Shown in pieces: positions 1 through 8,183 of a DNA stretch of 64,000 bases; position 1 is the stretch's first letter, and each line of letters opens with the position of its first letter. The position numbers and the translations under genes are program-made. Under the pieces are notes generated by a model. The model saw only the letters and a program-made list of their open reading frames with translations, was not told the origin of the DNA and ran no database searches. The DNA is from an uncultured virus (IMG/VR IMGVR_UViG_3300011114_001057) (lineage: Duplodnaviria > Heunggongvirae > Uroviricota > Caudoviricetes): IMG/VR virus record IMGVR_UViG_3300011114_001057. One strand, 5' to 3'.

Positions 1-38
1 CCCTTAGATCCTTCCCTAGCAGGTATGATTATTTTCAT
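1..38 (-). CDS. Acylneuraminate/CMP-sugar cytidylyltransferase (NeuA/KdsB family), N-terminal fragment running off the window
   Basis: Not in the ORF track. ATG at 38-36 overlaps the upstream TGA (ATGA) and translates MKIIIPAREGSKG, the IIPARxGSKG signature of CMP-NeuAc/CMP-KDO synthetases. Confidence 0.7.
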   Translation of the reverse strand, partial: MKIIIPAREGSK

Positions 39-649
39 ATTTCATTAAATTTTTCTAGAGAAATCTTTGGAATCTCTAACTTACTAATTTCACTTAAATT
101 GTAGAGAGAAGTTCCTCTTTTAGCTAGTTCAGTCACCATTACTTGATATGCTGAATTTAAACGCCTTAAATAATTTGCTTTGATTAGTGGATGCGAACCG
201 TCTTTATGATTGTAGAAATGACCTTCTGTAAAATCTACCCCAATTAACCCTATATGCTTGGCTCCCATCTTATATGCAAGCCCAACTGCAACGTATGGAG
301 AATTTAAAAAATGATCGATTTTAGAATTGCTATCAAGGCTACGAAGTTCCTTAGAACCCAAGTCAAAGTATACTAGTCTTGGGTGTCTCCATCCTTTTAC
401 ACAAGTAAATAGGAATTTAGTTTTAGATTCTTGTATTAACTCTTTGCGTCTACCGTAAAACCTTCCTGGATGATCAGTTACAAGTAAATAGGTGGGATCA
501 AACATTGCAGGTACATCATTTACTCCAATAGTTATGTATTTGTCATAAGAGTTTTTTAGTTTTTCAAGAGAGGTGCCGCAACCACAGACGATAATTTTTT
601 CGCCATCATGTATCTTCATGAACTCTTTAACACTTTTAACTAGTCCCAC
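35..649 (-). CDS. Maf/DUF115-like glycosyltransferase (sialyltransferase-like fold)
   Basis: Motifs IIVCGCGTSL..TIGVND and AVGLAYKMGAKHIGLIGVDF. GTG at 649 is the likely start, since the track start at 718 overlaps dnaJ and its promoter. Confidence 0.6.
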   Translation of the reverse strand: MGLVKSVKEFMKIHDGEKIIVCGCGTSLEKLKNSYDKYITIGVNDVPAMFDPTYLLVTDHPGRFYGRRKELIQESKTKFLFTCVKGWRHPRLVYFDLGSKELRSLDSNSKIDHFLNSPYVAVGLAYKMGAKHIGLIGVDFTEGHFYNHKDGSHPLIKANYLRRLNSAYQVMVTELAKRGTSLYNLSEISKLEIPKISLEKFNEI

Positions 650-651
650 GT

Positions 652-679
652 AAAACTTTTCTTTCTTATACAATATAAT
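652..679 (+). promoter_or_regulatory. Early/middle-type promoter AAAACT-N14-AATATAAT upstream of dnaJ
   Basis: Matches the recurrent motif found upstream of about 11 transcription units. Confidence 0.6.
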
Positions 680-709
680 ATAGAATAGTTTAGAAAAAAA
701 TCCAATAAA

Positions 710-1681
710 ATGGATCATTATGCGACGTTGGGTTTGAAGCGTACAGCCTCACTTGACGAGATAAAGAAGGCATATCGCCAACTTGCAAAGAAATGGCACC
801 CGGACAAGAACGGAGGAAGTTTAGAGGCTGAAGATAATTTCAAAAAAATATCTGACTCCTATACTATACTCTCTGACCCAATCAAGAAGAAGCAGCACGA
901 TGATCGATCGAGCCAGTCCTTTAAACACGGATTTGATGACTTCGTTAATGGCTTTTCAGGCACACAATTTAACGATTGGCAAAAAAGAAACGGTGATAGA
1001 AATAAAAAGCAACAAGGAAGAACTGCTGGAACTTATCGAACACCTGAATATTTGGACATAACTATAGAGTCATATGTAACTCTTCGTGACGCATTTATTG
1101 GAAAAAAGATCGAGTTAGAATTTAGTCGTAAAAAAATACACTATAATAGTGCAACTGACTACTTTTTAGAGAATGAAGAGAAAACTATAGCTTTTGATTT
1201 TGACTTGACTAAGATGACTACTGCAATAAAAGAAGATGCAGGTAAATACACAACAACTGTTCGACTTTCTAAGCTAGGAAATGAAGACTTACAAAAAATA
1301 ACTAATTTTTGGGGAGAAGTGGAGTCTATTCCTATGTGCGGTGATGCTTTAATAAAGATATGGTTAGTATTAGAGCCAAATATCTCAATCGAGGATAAGA
1401 ATATCATACACCGAATAGAGGCACCTTTTGTTTCTGCCATAATTGATAACAAGAAGATAAAGGTAGAGGGAGTAAACGGTAAGAAGTATGAAGCTAGCCT
1501 AAATTACCCTAAAAACCTAAGTAAGATAGAATTCTCAGTCAAAAACGAAGGACTTGCTTTATCTAAAACAGAAAGGGGTAAGTATATAGTAAAAATAGAT
1601 ATAATTACGCCCTCGTTTGAAGAAATGACAGATGAGATAAAATCTGAAATAAAAAATCTATTGAAACCTGCAAAAGAATAA
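710..1681 (+). CDS. dnaJ: DnaJ-family co-chaperone (J-domain plus C-terminal domain, no zinc finger)
   Basis: N-terminal DHYATLG..EIKKAYRQLAKKWHPDKN J-domain with HPD motif. Confidence 0.85.
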   Translation: MDHYATLGLKRTASLDEIKKAYRQLAKKWHPDKNGGSLEAEDNFKKISDSYTILSDPIKKKQHDDRSSQSFKHGFDDFVNGFSGTQFNDWQKRNGDRNKKQQGRTAGTYRTPEYLDITIESYVTLRDAFIGKKIELEFSRKKIHYNSATDYFLENEEKTIAFDFDLTKMTTAIKEDAGKYTTTVRLSKLGNEDLQKITNFWGEVESIPMCGDALIKIWLVLEPNISIEDKNIIHRIEAPFVSAIIDNKKIKVEGVNGKKYEASLNYPKNLSKIEFSVKNEGLALSKTERGKYIVKIDIITPSFEEMTDEIKSEIKNLLKPAKE

Positions 1682-1707
1682 AACTAAGAAAAACTGACAA
1701 TAACTTT

Positions 1708-1716
1708 AATAAATAA
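1708..1716 (+). promoter_or_regulatory. Late promoter box AATAAATAA
   Basis: T4 TATAAATA-like box just upstream of the prohead protease; recurs before other structural genes. Confidence 0.55.
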
Positions 1717-1733
1717 TAAAAAATTTTTAGGTC

Positions 1734-3722
1734 TTGTCAAACTTGAATTCAAAGAACAATGATTGGCTACTTATAGTAGAAAACATTGGACAAAAATTGC
1801 AGGTACAGAACGCTTCACCAGGTTCAACTATTCTTGAAGGAGTCTGTGCAATCTTTGGCCAGATGAATAATAACCGTAGAGTTTATGAAAAGGATGAATA
1901 TCTTCCTCACTTAACCTACTTAAAAGAAAAGATCACTAAAAGGCAACTAGTTGGTGAACTTGATCATCCACAAAATTTTGAAGTTTCACTAAAGAGCGCT
2001 TCTCATATAATTGAGGCACTAGAGTATGACGGAGGAAGTCGTGTTAATATTAGACTTAGAATCCTAGAAAACACGCCAAATGGTCGAATCGCTAAGGCGT
2101 TAATCGATGGTGGTGTTCAACTGTCAGTTTCTTCTAGAGCTGCAGGTCAAGTAAACGAAGGTGGTAAAGTTCATTTACAAAGAATATTCACATATGACCT
2201 AGTTGGTGAACCTGGATTTACAGAAGCAGTGCTTAACTCTACTAAGTCTGGAGTAAACGAATCTTTTAAACATAACTTCTCAATGATGACTGAAAGTTAT
2301 AATTCCTTGAAGAGTAGTTCAATAATAAGTGCAAATCATTTAGTAGATATCTCAGAAAGTTTAAACTTTGCGAATAATTACAAAGTATATAAGATAAATA
2401 ATTTAGAAAATGGCTCAGGGGCATCGTTCCAGGAAGCGATTAAGACACAAAAAAATAATAACAATATGTCTAATTTTGTAACAAAAGAACAAATGAATCA
2501 ATATTCAGAAGTTCTTAAATCACAATTTGGTGGACTTAAGCAGGAGTTGAAGAAACACAAGTCTATCCTTGAATCTACTAATTTAAACCAATCTGATTCT
2601 CAGTTAGTGGGATTCGTAAATTATTTGGCTGAACAATTAGAAGGTGTTGTAAACTACGCTGACTATATGTCAAATAAATTAAACGAGTCTATTCGTTATA
2701 CTGAGCACGTTGCTGAGACTACAAACAATAGCATTGAGTATTCTAGCTACCTTGGAGAAAAACTTAATCAATCGGTTAATTATCAAGATTACATCTCTGA
2801 GAAGTTAAATGAAAATATCAATTATTCTGAATACTTAAAAGAAAACTTAAATAGTTCTATTAAGACTTTAAATAGCTCTGTTAAATACCAAAACTATTTA
2901 GCTGAGGAATTAGATAAAGGATTACAGTACACTGAATATATTGCAGAAGGAGCAAATCGAGGAATTGAATTTGCTGAATACCTTTCAGAAAACATCAATG
3001 CAAACCGAGCGTACTCTCAATATGTTGCTGAAAAACTTGATCAAAATATTGGTTATTCCGAATATATTGCTGAATCTCTAAACGGAGGAACAGTAGTTGG
3101 AGGAAGAAACATACTTGGTGGAGTTGCTGGACTAAACGAGTCTACTTCAATTGATAACTTAATCAATAAGGTTGATGCAGTTATTACTGAAGTTAACAGT
3201 TCTTCAGCTAAAGCAGTTCTTGAAAGCAAATATCCTTTCTTAAAGGTAATGGATGATAGTAACAAGAAGTCTTTTCATAAATTAGATACTGATAGCAAAC
3301 AAGCAATTGTTGAAGCTCTTAACGGTTCATTATGGTTTAACGAAAATGATGTATTAGGAATTATGGAAGCTGTTCTTAATCATAAAAACGAAAATGTTCC
3401 AAATTATGTTAGATTTATGCCAGCTGATTATAAGTCGTTATGGTCTAACATGAATGAGAGTGAAAAGAATAGAATTTATGCTAAAGCTCAGCTATATCAA
3501 GTAAACACTCCTTATCAAGCTAAAGCATTCTGGGACGAAATGGACCTAAGAGGCGTACAATACAGAATTGAAGAAAACAAACAAAATAATAAAATGCAAC
3601 AACTCAACGAAAGCCAAAGTACAGAAGGTATGATGCCTGTTAATCAGGTAGTTGAGATGCAGAGAGGTTACTCTCAAACTTACCTAGAAAATCTACAGAG
3701 ATCTTTAGATCTTCGAAAGTAA
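1734..3722 (+). CDS. gp21: Prohead core protease (gp21-like) fused in frame to a coiled-coil scaffold/core protein
   Basis: NxNRRVY, GELDHP, ILENTPNG, VSSRAAG and TYDLVGEPGF motifs; C-terminal part has 14-aa helical repeats; TTG start; lies directly upstream of the major capsid gene. Confidence 0.85.
   Translation: MSNLNSKNNDWLLIVENIGQKLQVQNASPGSTILEGVCAIFGQMNNNRRVYEKDEYLPHLTYLKEKITKRQLVGELDHPQNFEVSLKSASHIIEALEYDGGSRVNIRLRILENTPNGRIAKALIDGGVQLSVSSRAAGQVNEGGKVHLQRIFTYDLVGEPGFTEAVLNSTKSGVNESFKHNFSMMTESYNSLKSSSIISANHLVDISESLNFANNYKVYKINNLENGSGASFQEAIKTQKNNNNMSNFVTKEQMNQYSEVLKSQFGGLKQELKKHKSILESTNLNQSDSQLVGFVNYLAEQLEGVVNYADYMSNKLNESIRYTEHVAETTNNSIEYSSYLGEKLNQSVNYQDYISEKLNENINYSEYLKENLNSSIKTLNSSVKYQNYLAEELDKGLQYTEYIAEGANRGIEFAEYLSENINANRAYSQYVAEKLDQNIGYSEYIAESLNGGTVVGGRNILGGVAGLNESTSIDNLINKVDAVITEVNSSSAKAVLESKYPFLKVMDDSNKKSFHKLDTDSKQAIVEALNGSLWFNENDVLGIMEAVLNHKNENVPNYVRFMPADYKSLWSNMNESEKNRIYAKAQLYQVNTPYQAKAFWDEMDLRGVQYRIEENKQNNKMQQLNESQSTEGMMPVNQVVEMQRGYSQTYLENLQRSLDLRK
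2393..2401 (+). promoter_or_regulatory. Internal late promoter box GATAAATAA inside the protease ORF
   Basis: Exact consensus about 65 nt upstream of an in-frame ATG (2466) with an A-rich leader. Confidence 0.55.
2466..3722 (+). CDS. Putative nested scaffolding protein (in-frame internal start, 418 aa)
   Basis: aaaaaataataacaatATG leader resembles other starts in this genome; begins after the protease domain ends. Confidence 0.55.
   Translation: MSNFVTKEQMNQYSEVLKSQFGGLKQELKKHKSILESTNLNQSDSQLVGFVNYLAEQLEGVVNYADYMSNKLNESIRYTEHVAETTNNSIEYSSYLGEKLNQSVNYQDYISEKLNENINYSEYLKENLNSSIKTLNSSVKYQNYLAEELDKGLQYTEYIAEGANRGIEFAEYLSENINANRAYSQYVAEKLDQNIGYSEYIAESLNGGTVVGGRNILGGVAGLNESTSIDNLINKVDAVITEVNSSSAKAVLESKYPFLKVMDDSNKKSFHKLDTDSKQAIVEALNGSLWFNENDVLGIMEAVLNHKNENVPNYVRFMPADYKSLWSNMNESEKNRIYAKAQLYQVNTPYQAKAFWDEMDLRGVQYRIEENKQNNKMQQLNESQSTEGMMPVNQVVEMQRGYSQTYLENLQRSLDLRK
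2630..3080 (+). repeat. About ten 14-aa coding repeats (E.LN..I.Y.EY[LIV]A) in the scaffold region
   Basis: e.g. NKLNESIRYTEHVA, EKLNQSVNYQDYIS, EKLNENINYSEYLK, EKLDQNIGYSEYIA. Confidence 0.8.
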
Positions 3723-3746
3723 AAACTAAAAAAAACATTTTAACAA

Positions 3747-5384
3747 ATGGCACGTACAAAAATTTTTAAACGTTCAAGCGATAATCGCTTGGTAAACACC
3801 TGGAAGCCTATTTTAGAAGGATATGGTGCTGACGTTGCGAAGACTCCATGGTTAGCTGAGTACGCTCACAACCACGCGATCTTTGACAACGCGACTCCAT
3901 TATTCGAACAAACTGCTCCTGGCGTGTTCTTACAAACTCCTGGATCTCTTGGTGGATTCATGGGAAATCCAGTAGCACCTACCGCAGGACAAACTCCTTT
4001 CGGTGGTGGTGTTAAGAACTCTTACTCTGACTCTGGTTCAGGAGACAAGTTCCCATCTTTATTGCCTGTAGCAATTCAGGTTGCTGCTAAAACTATTGGT
4101 TTCGACCTAGTTCCTGTAATCCCTATGGATTCTCCAGTTGGATTCCTTCCATATTTGGATTACTTATATGCAGGTGGTAGAACTGGTGCTGGTGATTTTG
4201 ATCCTTACTTAGTTAAGATCGAAGGAGCTTATGCAAATGACTTCACAAATGCTGTTGCTGGTGATGCTATCACAATTAGTGGTACTGGTGCTGGTGACTT
4301 TGCTTTGGATTTCGTAGGTTACTCTCGTGTAGACGGTCAGTTGATCGCTAAGGTAGTATCAGATGCTGGTACAAACACTCTTGCTACTTCACTTGTAGGT
4401 AACACAGCTACAATCAACGGTGATCCTTCAGGAAATATAACTGGAGTTTCTCTAGTTTCTGCACTAGAAAACCATATTTCTGGTTTCACTTCAGTATCTG
4501 ATGCTGATTATTCAGCTACTGCATTTACTGGTTCATACCTTCCTGCGACAGGAGATGTTCCTAACGGAATGACTCGTGAAGCTGGTGAAAACTCTAAGTT
4601 CCGTCAAATGGGTCTAAGAATGTTCACTAAGTTTGTTGAAGCTAAAACTGATCAAGTTTCTATCTCTGCAACTGTTGAGCAGATTCAAGACTTAAATCGA
4701 GTATGGAACTACGACGTTGTTTCTATGTTAGAAAACGTTGCAGTAAACGACTTAGCTCAATCTATTAATAAGCAATTGGTTGACCGAGTATTCCAATTAG
4801 CAGCAGTTCACAACACTGAGATCGACTTAGTTGAAGGTGCTGGTGTTACAACTCTTGATCTTTCTACAGGTACAGGAGGTTTCGAAAACGTTTCTACATT
4901 ACAACGTAGATTAGTTACTAAAGTTCTTGAACTTGCTAACTTAATCTATCACAGAGGACGTTTTGGAGCTGGAACATTCATGGTAACTAACGGACGCCTT
5001 GCTTCTGCATTGGCAGACGTTGCTGGTTATTCAATCGCGCAAGTTCCAACTGATATGACTGGTGTTGCTGGAAATCTTTACCCTGCTGGTAAAGTTTACG
5101 GTGTACAAGTTTATGTTGACCCTAACTTATCTTGGGGAGATACACGACTTGCAATCGGTCGTAAAGGTGCTGACGAAGAGCCTGGAGTTAAATTTATGCC
5201 GTACATCATGGCTGAATCTCTTCAGACTATCGCAGAAGGTACATTCTCTCCAAAAATCGGTATGAAATCTCGTTACGCGATTACGGAAGCTGGATGGCAT
5301 CCTGAAACACAGTATGTTAACATGGATATCCAAGGTGATATCGCAGTTCTTACTGGTGGTGTTGCACCTGCAAACTTTAGCTAG
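3747..5384 (+). CDS. gp23: Major capsid protein (T4 gp23-like)
   Basis: DLVPVIPMDSPVG, EQIQDL, GVKFMPYI and FSPKIGMKSRYA motifs; strong codon bias; followed by a terminator. Confidence 0.92.
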   Translation: MARTKIFKRSSDNRLVNTWKPILEGYGADVAKTPWLAEYAHNHAIFDNATPLFEQTAPGVFLQTPGSLGGFMGNPVAPTAGQTPFGGGVKNSYSDSGSGDKFPSLLPVAIQVAAKTIGFDLVPVIPMDSPVGFLPYLDYLYAGGRTGAGDFDPYLVKIEGAYANDFTNAVAGDAITISGTGAGDFALDFVGYSRVDGQLIAKVVSDAGTNTLATSLVGNTATINGDPSGNITGVSLVSALENHISGFTSVSDADYSATAFTGSYLPATGDVPNGMTREAGENSKFRQMGLRMFTKFVEAKTDQVSISATVEQIQDLNRVWNYDVVSMLENVAVNDLAQSINKQLVDRVFQLAAVHNTEIDLVEGAGVTTLDLSTGTGGFENVSTLQRRLVTKVLELANLIYHRGRFGAGTFMVTNGRLASALADVAGYSIAQVPTDMTGVAGNLYPAGKVYGVQVYVDPNLSWGDTRLAIGRKGADEEPGVKFMPYIMAESLQTIAEGTFSPKIGMKSRYAITEAGWHPETQYVNMDIQGDIAVLTGGVAPANFS

Positions 5385-5400
5385 TATTAAACTAACTATA

Positions 5401-5433
5401 AAGAAAAAAGGAACCTTCGGGTTCCTTTTTCTT
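5401..5433 (+). terminator. Rho-independent terminator after the capsid gene (possibly bidirectional)
   Basis: aaaaaggaacc-TTCG-ggttccttttt stem with a UUCG loop and U-tract. Confidence 0.9.
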
Positions 5434-5472
5434 GTTTATAAGGGACTGTATTAAACTTAACTTAACTAAATT

Positions 5473-5805
5473 ATGATAGAAGACATAAAAATAATTCACC
5501 TAAAGAGTAACGCACAACAGCTTGAGACCTGGATTGCTATGTTAAATGGCGAAATCATAGGTCATATCTATATGGAAAGAGAAGAGAACAATAAAATAAA
5601 ATTTCTAGACGCTTGGGTGCACGAAGAACATCGACTAAAAGGTGTATTTAGAAGACTATGGGATACTCGCTGGGAATACGTTAAGAGTAAATATGAAGGA
5701 TTTGTAGTGTATGCATGGTGTAAACCAGCATCTTTGACTCTTCTTTTAGAAAAAGGTTTTATCGCAGGCGAAACATGTACCTACGTTGAAAAATTAATTA
5801 ATTAA
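5473..5805 (+). CDS. GNAT-family acetyltransferase
   Basis: AWVHEEHRLKGVFRRL acetyl-CoA loop and LLEKGF. Confidence 0.7.
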   Translation: MIEDIKIIHLKSNAQQLETWIAMLNGEIIGHIYMEREENNKIKFLDAWVHEEHRLKGVFRRLWDTRWEYVKSKYEGFVVYAWCKPASLTLLLEKGFIAGETCTYVEKLIN

Positions 5806-5810
5806 TCTTA

Positions 5811-6176
5811 TTATTGTAGGGTCAGTAAATACTTTAACTTATTAACTGTAGCTAACATCTCGTCACGAATGTTTAGTAAGTCAGTATCTTTATTACTATC
5901 TAATTGATTATTAAAAGAGTATAAGAAATCACAAATTACGGTCAAGAATTCATCTTGATCCATCTCTCCAATGTTTACTAAGTTAATAGTATCATCCTTT
6001 TCTATGATTATTCTTCCATGCTTACCCATATATACTTCAACGAATGTGTCAATTAAGTCATCTAATTCGTCATATGCTTCACCAAATGCTTGATGTTTAG
6101 CGTAAGATTGAGTCTGCCAGTGTAATACTTTTAACTGGTTTAAGATTCCCAATAAGGCAGATGAAAAATTTGCCAT
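5811..6176 (-). CDS. Ferritin/Dps-like four-helix protein (DUF5856-like)
   Basis: LHWQTQSYAKHQAFGEAYDELDDLIDTFVE..NIRDEML..KLKYLLTL. Confidence 0.7.
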   Translation of the reverse strand: MANFSSALLGILNQLKVLHWQTQSYAKHQAFGEAYDELDDLIDTFVEVYMGKHGRIIIEKDDTINLVNIGEMDQDEFLTVICDFLYSFNNQLDSNKDTDLLNIRDEMLATVNKLKYLLTLQ

Positions 6177-6178
6177 AG

Positions 6179-6349
6179 TTATACAGCTTTGTTCTTTTCA
6201 ATAATTGACCAAACAGTACCAGTAAGGGTAATAACACCTCCAATTACCTCGCCTAGAGTAGATTCATCGATTATTCCTTTCATTACTAGTATACCACCTA
6301 TAAATGTTAAACTGTGTCTAATTATTCCTATGATTTGTTGCTTATTCAT
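6179..6349 (-). CDS. Small two-TM membrane protein, putative holin (56 aa)
   Basis: Below the track cut-off. MNKQQIIGIIRHSLTFIGGILVMKGIIDESTLGEVIGGVITLTGTVWSIIEKNKAV; late box GATAAATAA at 6366-6374 upstream. Confidence 0.6.
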   Translation of the reverse strand: MNKQQIIGIIRHSLTFIGGILVMKGIIDESTLGEVIGGVITLTGTVWSIIEKNKAV

Positions 6350-6365
6350 CTTTTAATTGTTTTAT

Positions 6366-6374
6366 TTATTTATC
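6366..6374 (-). promoter_or_regulatory. Late promoter box GATAAATAA
   Basis: Consensus match upstream of the holin-like and Dps-like genes. Confidence 0.55.
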
Positions 6375-6391
6375 TCTTTATTTGTTATTTA

Positions 6392-7333
6392 TTATCTACT
6401 AAAGCCAATCGATTTTTCTCCAGTCTTCTTTACTCTAGGCTTTATCTTCATTCCTTGCATTAGGGAAAAGGCATCTTCGAAATTCTTATCTAGTAAAAAT
6501 ACTGAGATAATGAGTTCTTTTATGTGAGAAAGAGACATATCTTCTGTTTTATTGACCCAATCGAGTAGATCAATGTCATTTACTTTATCTTCTAGTTTTG
6601 CCCTTATATAGGCCTCCCTGATCTCAGGATTAGGCATATTTACTTGGTACCTACGGTCAAATCTAGATGGACGATTTGAAATGCGCTCTTCTAGTTTTTC
6701 AGGATAGTTAGTTGTTGCAATATAGACTACGTTCTCGATTTGCTTTACACCATCTAGAATGTTTAGTAATTGACCTGTTGCGTATTTACCTTCACCGGCA
6801 ATTGCTTCTAAGTCTTCTAAGATTACAACAATTGGTCGCTTAGGTTCAATGCTTCTAAACTTAGGTATAAACTCAATAAAGCTGTCTATTGAGTCTTCGT
6901 CTTTAATGTTAATAACAATACCGTTTAGGTCTATTATTTGTTCAATACATAACTGAATTATTCCCGATTTGCCGCAGCCCGGTTCACCATATAATAATAT
7001 ACCTCGCTTATGAACAAATCTATACTTTAAATAAAGTTTTCGATTATCCCAAAATTTTTGAATATCAGAAAGTATTTCCTGAATCTCAAGGGAAGGTAGC
7101 TTATAGAGTTCGTCAGTAGTAAACGGTAGATTCTTTAGAGTATTTTGGCCAATTTCACGATTATAGTATATTTCATAAAAACCTGAAGGCACTTCATTTA
7201 TTATTGCATGTGCTGGACAATACTCTCTATTTGGTAAAGGTCGCCAGCATGAAACGGTCTGGTCGATGCTTTCTCTTTTTAATTCATCAGAATTTTCCAT
7301 TTCCATAAGTTCTTTTAAAAGTTTACCTTTCAT
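6392..7333 (-). CDS. AAA+ ATPase
   Basis: RGILLYGEPGCGKS Walker A, VVILEDLE Walker B, LLNILDG, ATTNYPE and RPSRFDR. Confidence 0.9.
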   Translation of the reverse strand: MKGKLLKELMEMENSDELKRESIDQTVSCWRPLPNREYCPAHAIINEVPSGFYEIYYNREIGQNTLKNLPFTTDELYKLPSLEIQEILSDIQKFWDNRKLYLKYRFVHKRGILLYGEPGCGKSGIIQLCIEQIIDLNGIVINIKDEDSIDSFIEFIPKFRSIEPKRPIVVILEDLEAIAGEGKYATGQLLNILDGVKQIENVVYIATTNYPEKLEERISNRPSRFDRRYQVNMPNPEIREAYIRAKLEDKVNDIDLLDWVNKTEDMSLSHIKELIISVFLLDKNFEDAFSLMQGMKIKPRVKKTGEKSIGFSR

Positions 7334-7338
7334 ATTTT

Positions 7339-7632
7339 TTAATTCTTAGATCTTTTTCTTCTTCTTTCTACAGTAACCATATCGCTTTCAGTTAGTCTAG
7401 AATAAAACTCATGATATGGAGTTAAGTCATCAACTAGGGCAACTACTACCTTCTTTCCATTGTAATAAGGGTCCAGTTTCCAGGAGTGGTATATGTTTCT
7501 ACCTAGTTCATCGTTTTTTATATAAGCAGTATCCCTTGATGGATTTGAAACAACTAGATCATTGCTAACGAAGGCTTTTTGTGAAAATAAAGCGTTTGAG
7601 AATACTAAAAATAAAGGTAATACGGTTTTCAT
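7339..7632 (-). CDS. Hypothetical secreted protein
   Basis: Signal-peptide-like MKTVLPLFLVFSNALFS-Q. Confidence 0.55.
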   Translation of the reverse strand: MKTVLPLFLVFSNALFSQKAFVSNDLVVSNPSRDTAYIKNDELGRNIYHSWKLDPYYNGKKVVVALVDDLTPYHEFYSRLTESDMVTVERRRKRSKN

Positions 7633-7907
7633 ATTTCGATAATTAGGGTGTTTATTGTTTTTTCATTGTTTATAAATTCTATAGTATAGCGACCAGCTAG
7701 TGGAACTTCCATGTTTAATCGAGTCTCATCTAGAGTAAGAATCATTATTTTCTGATTATTTGGAAAGGTTATTACTACTGCGTCTGCATTAAGGTTTGAC
7801 CACTCGATATTCGCTAGATTATTGTCTACTGAATAGGTTACGTCGCTTTTGCAAGTTTGGGAAAATGCGCTTACATTTATTAGTAAGAAAAAGATTAATG
7901 ATTTCAT
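7629..7907 (-). CDS. Hypothetical secreted beta-sandwich protein
   Basis: Likely start MKSLIFFLLINVSAFS-Q (ATGA overlap with the upstream gene); C-terminus GRYTIEFI..TINTLIIEI. Confidence 0.55.
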   Translation of the reverse strand: MKSLIFFLLINVSAFSQTCKSDVTYSVDNNLANIEWSNLNADAVVITFPNNQKIMILTLDETRLNMEVPLAGRYTIEFINNEKTINTLIIEI

Positions 7908-8134
7908 ATGATTACTTCTGAGTATTTTTTCCATTCTATTTTATTGTCATCTGCTCTAAAGGCAAGGATAATATTTGAACTATCGTCTTTAGCTATACCG
8001 ATAAAGCCATAGCCTTCGCATATCTGCGGAATATAGTAGCCTGCATTTAAAGTATTAGCTATTTCTAATACGTCAAAGTCTGGTGTAAATCCATGTTTAG
8101 TAGACTCACAATATTGTTTTGAAAATTCTGACAT
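7904..8134 (-). CDS. Hypothetical protein
   Basis: ORF with an A-rich leader, first gene downstream of the promoter at 8155-8183. Confidence 0.6.
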   Translation of the reverse strand: MSEFSKQYCESTKHGFTPDFDVLEIANTLNAGYYIPQICEGYGFIGIAKDDSSNIILAFRADDNKIEWKKYSEVII

Positions 8135-8154
8135 TTTTTATGTTTTTAATAATG

Positions 8155-8183
8155 ATTATACTTGATTAAGAGGTAAAAGTTTT
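8155..8183 (-). promoter_or_regulatory. Early/middle-type promoter AAAACT-N15-AGTATAAT
   Basis: Perfect consensus match. Confidence 0.65.

Noticed and set aside
2410..2481. Out-of-frame short ORF after the internal late box
   Set aside because: Only 23 codons with no supporting features; the in-frame ATG at 2466 has the better leader
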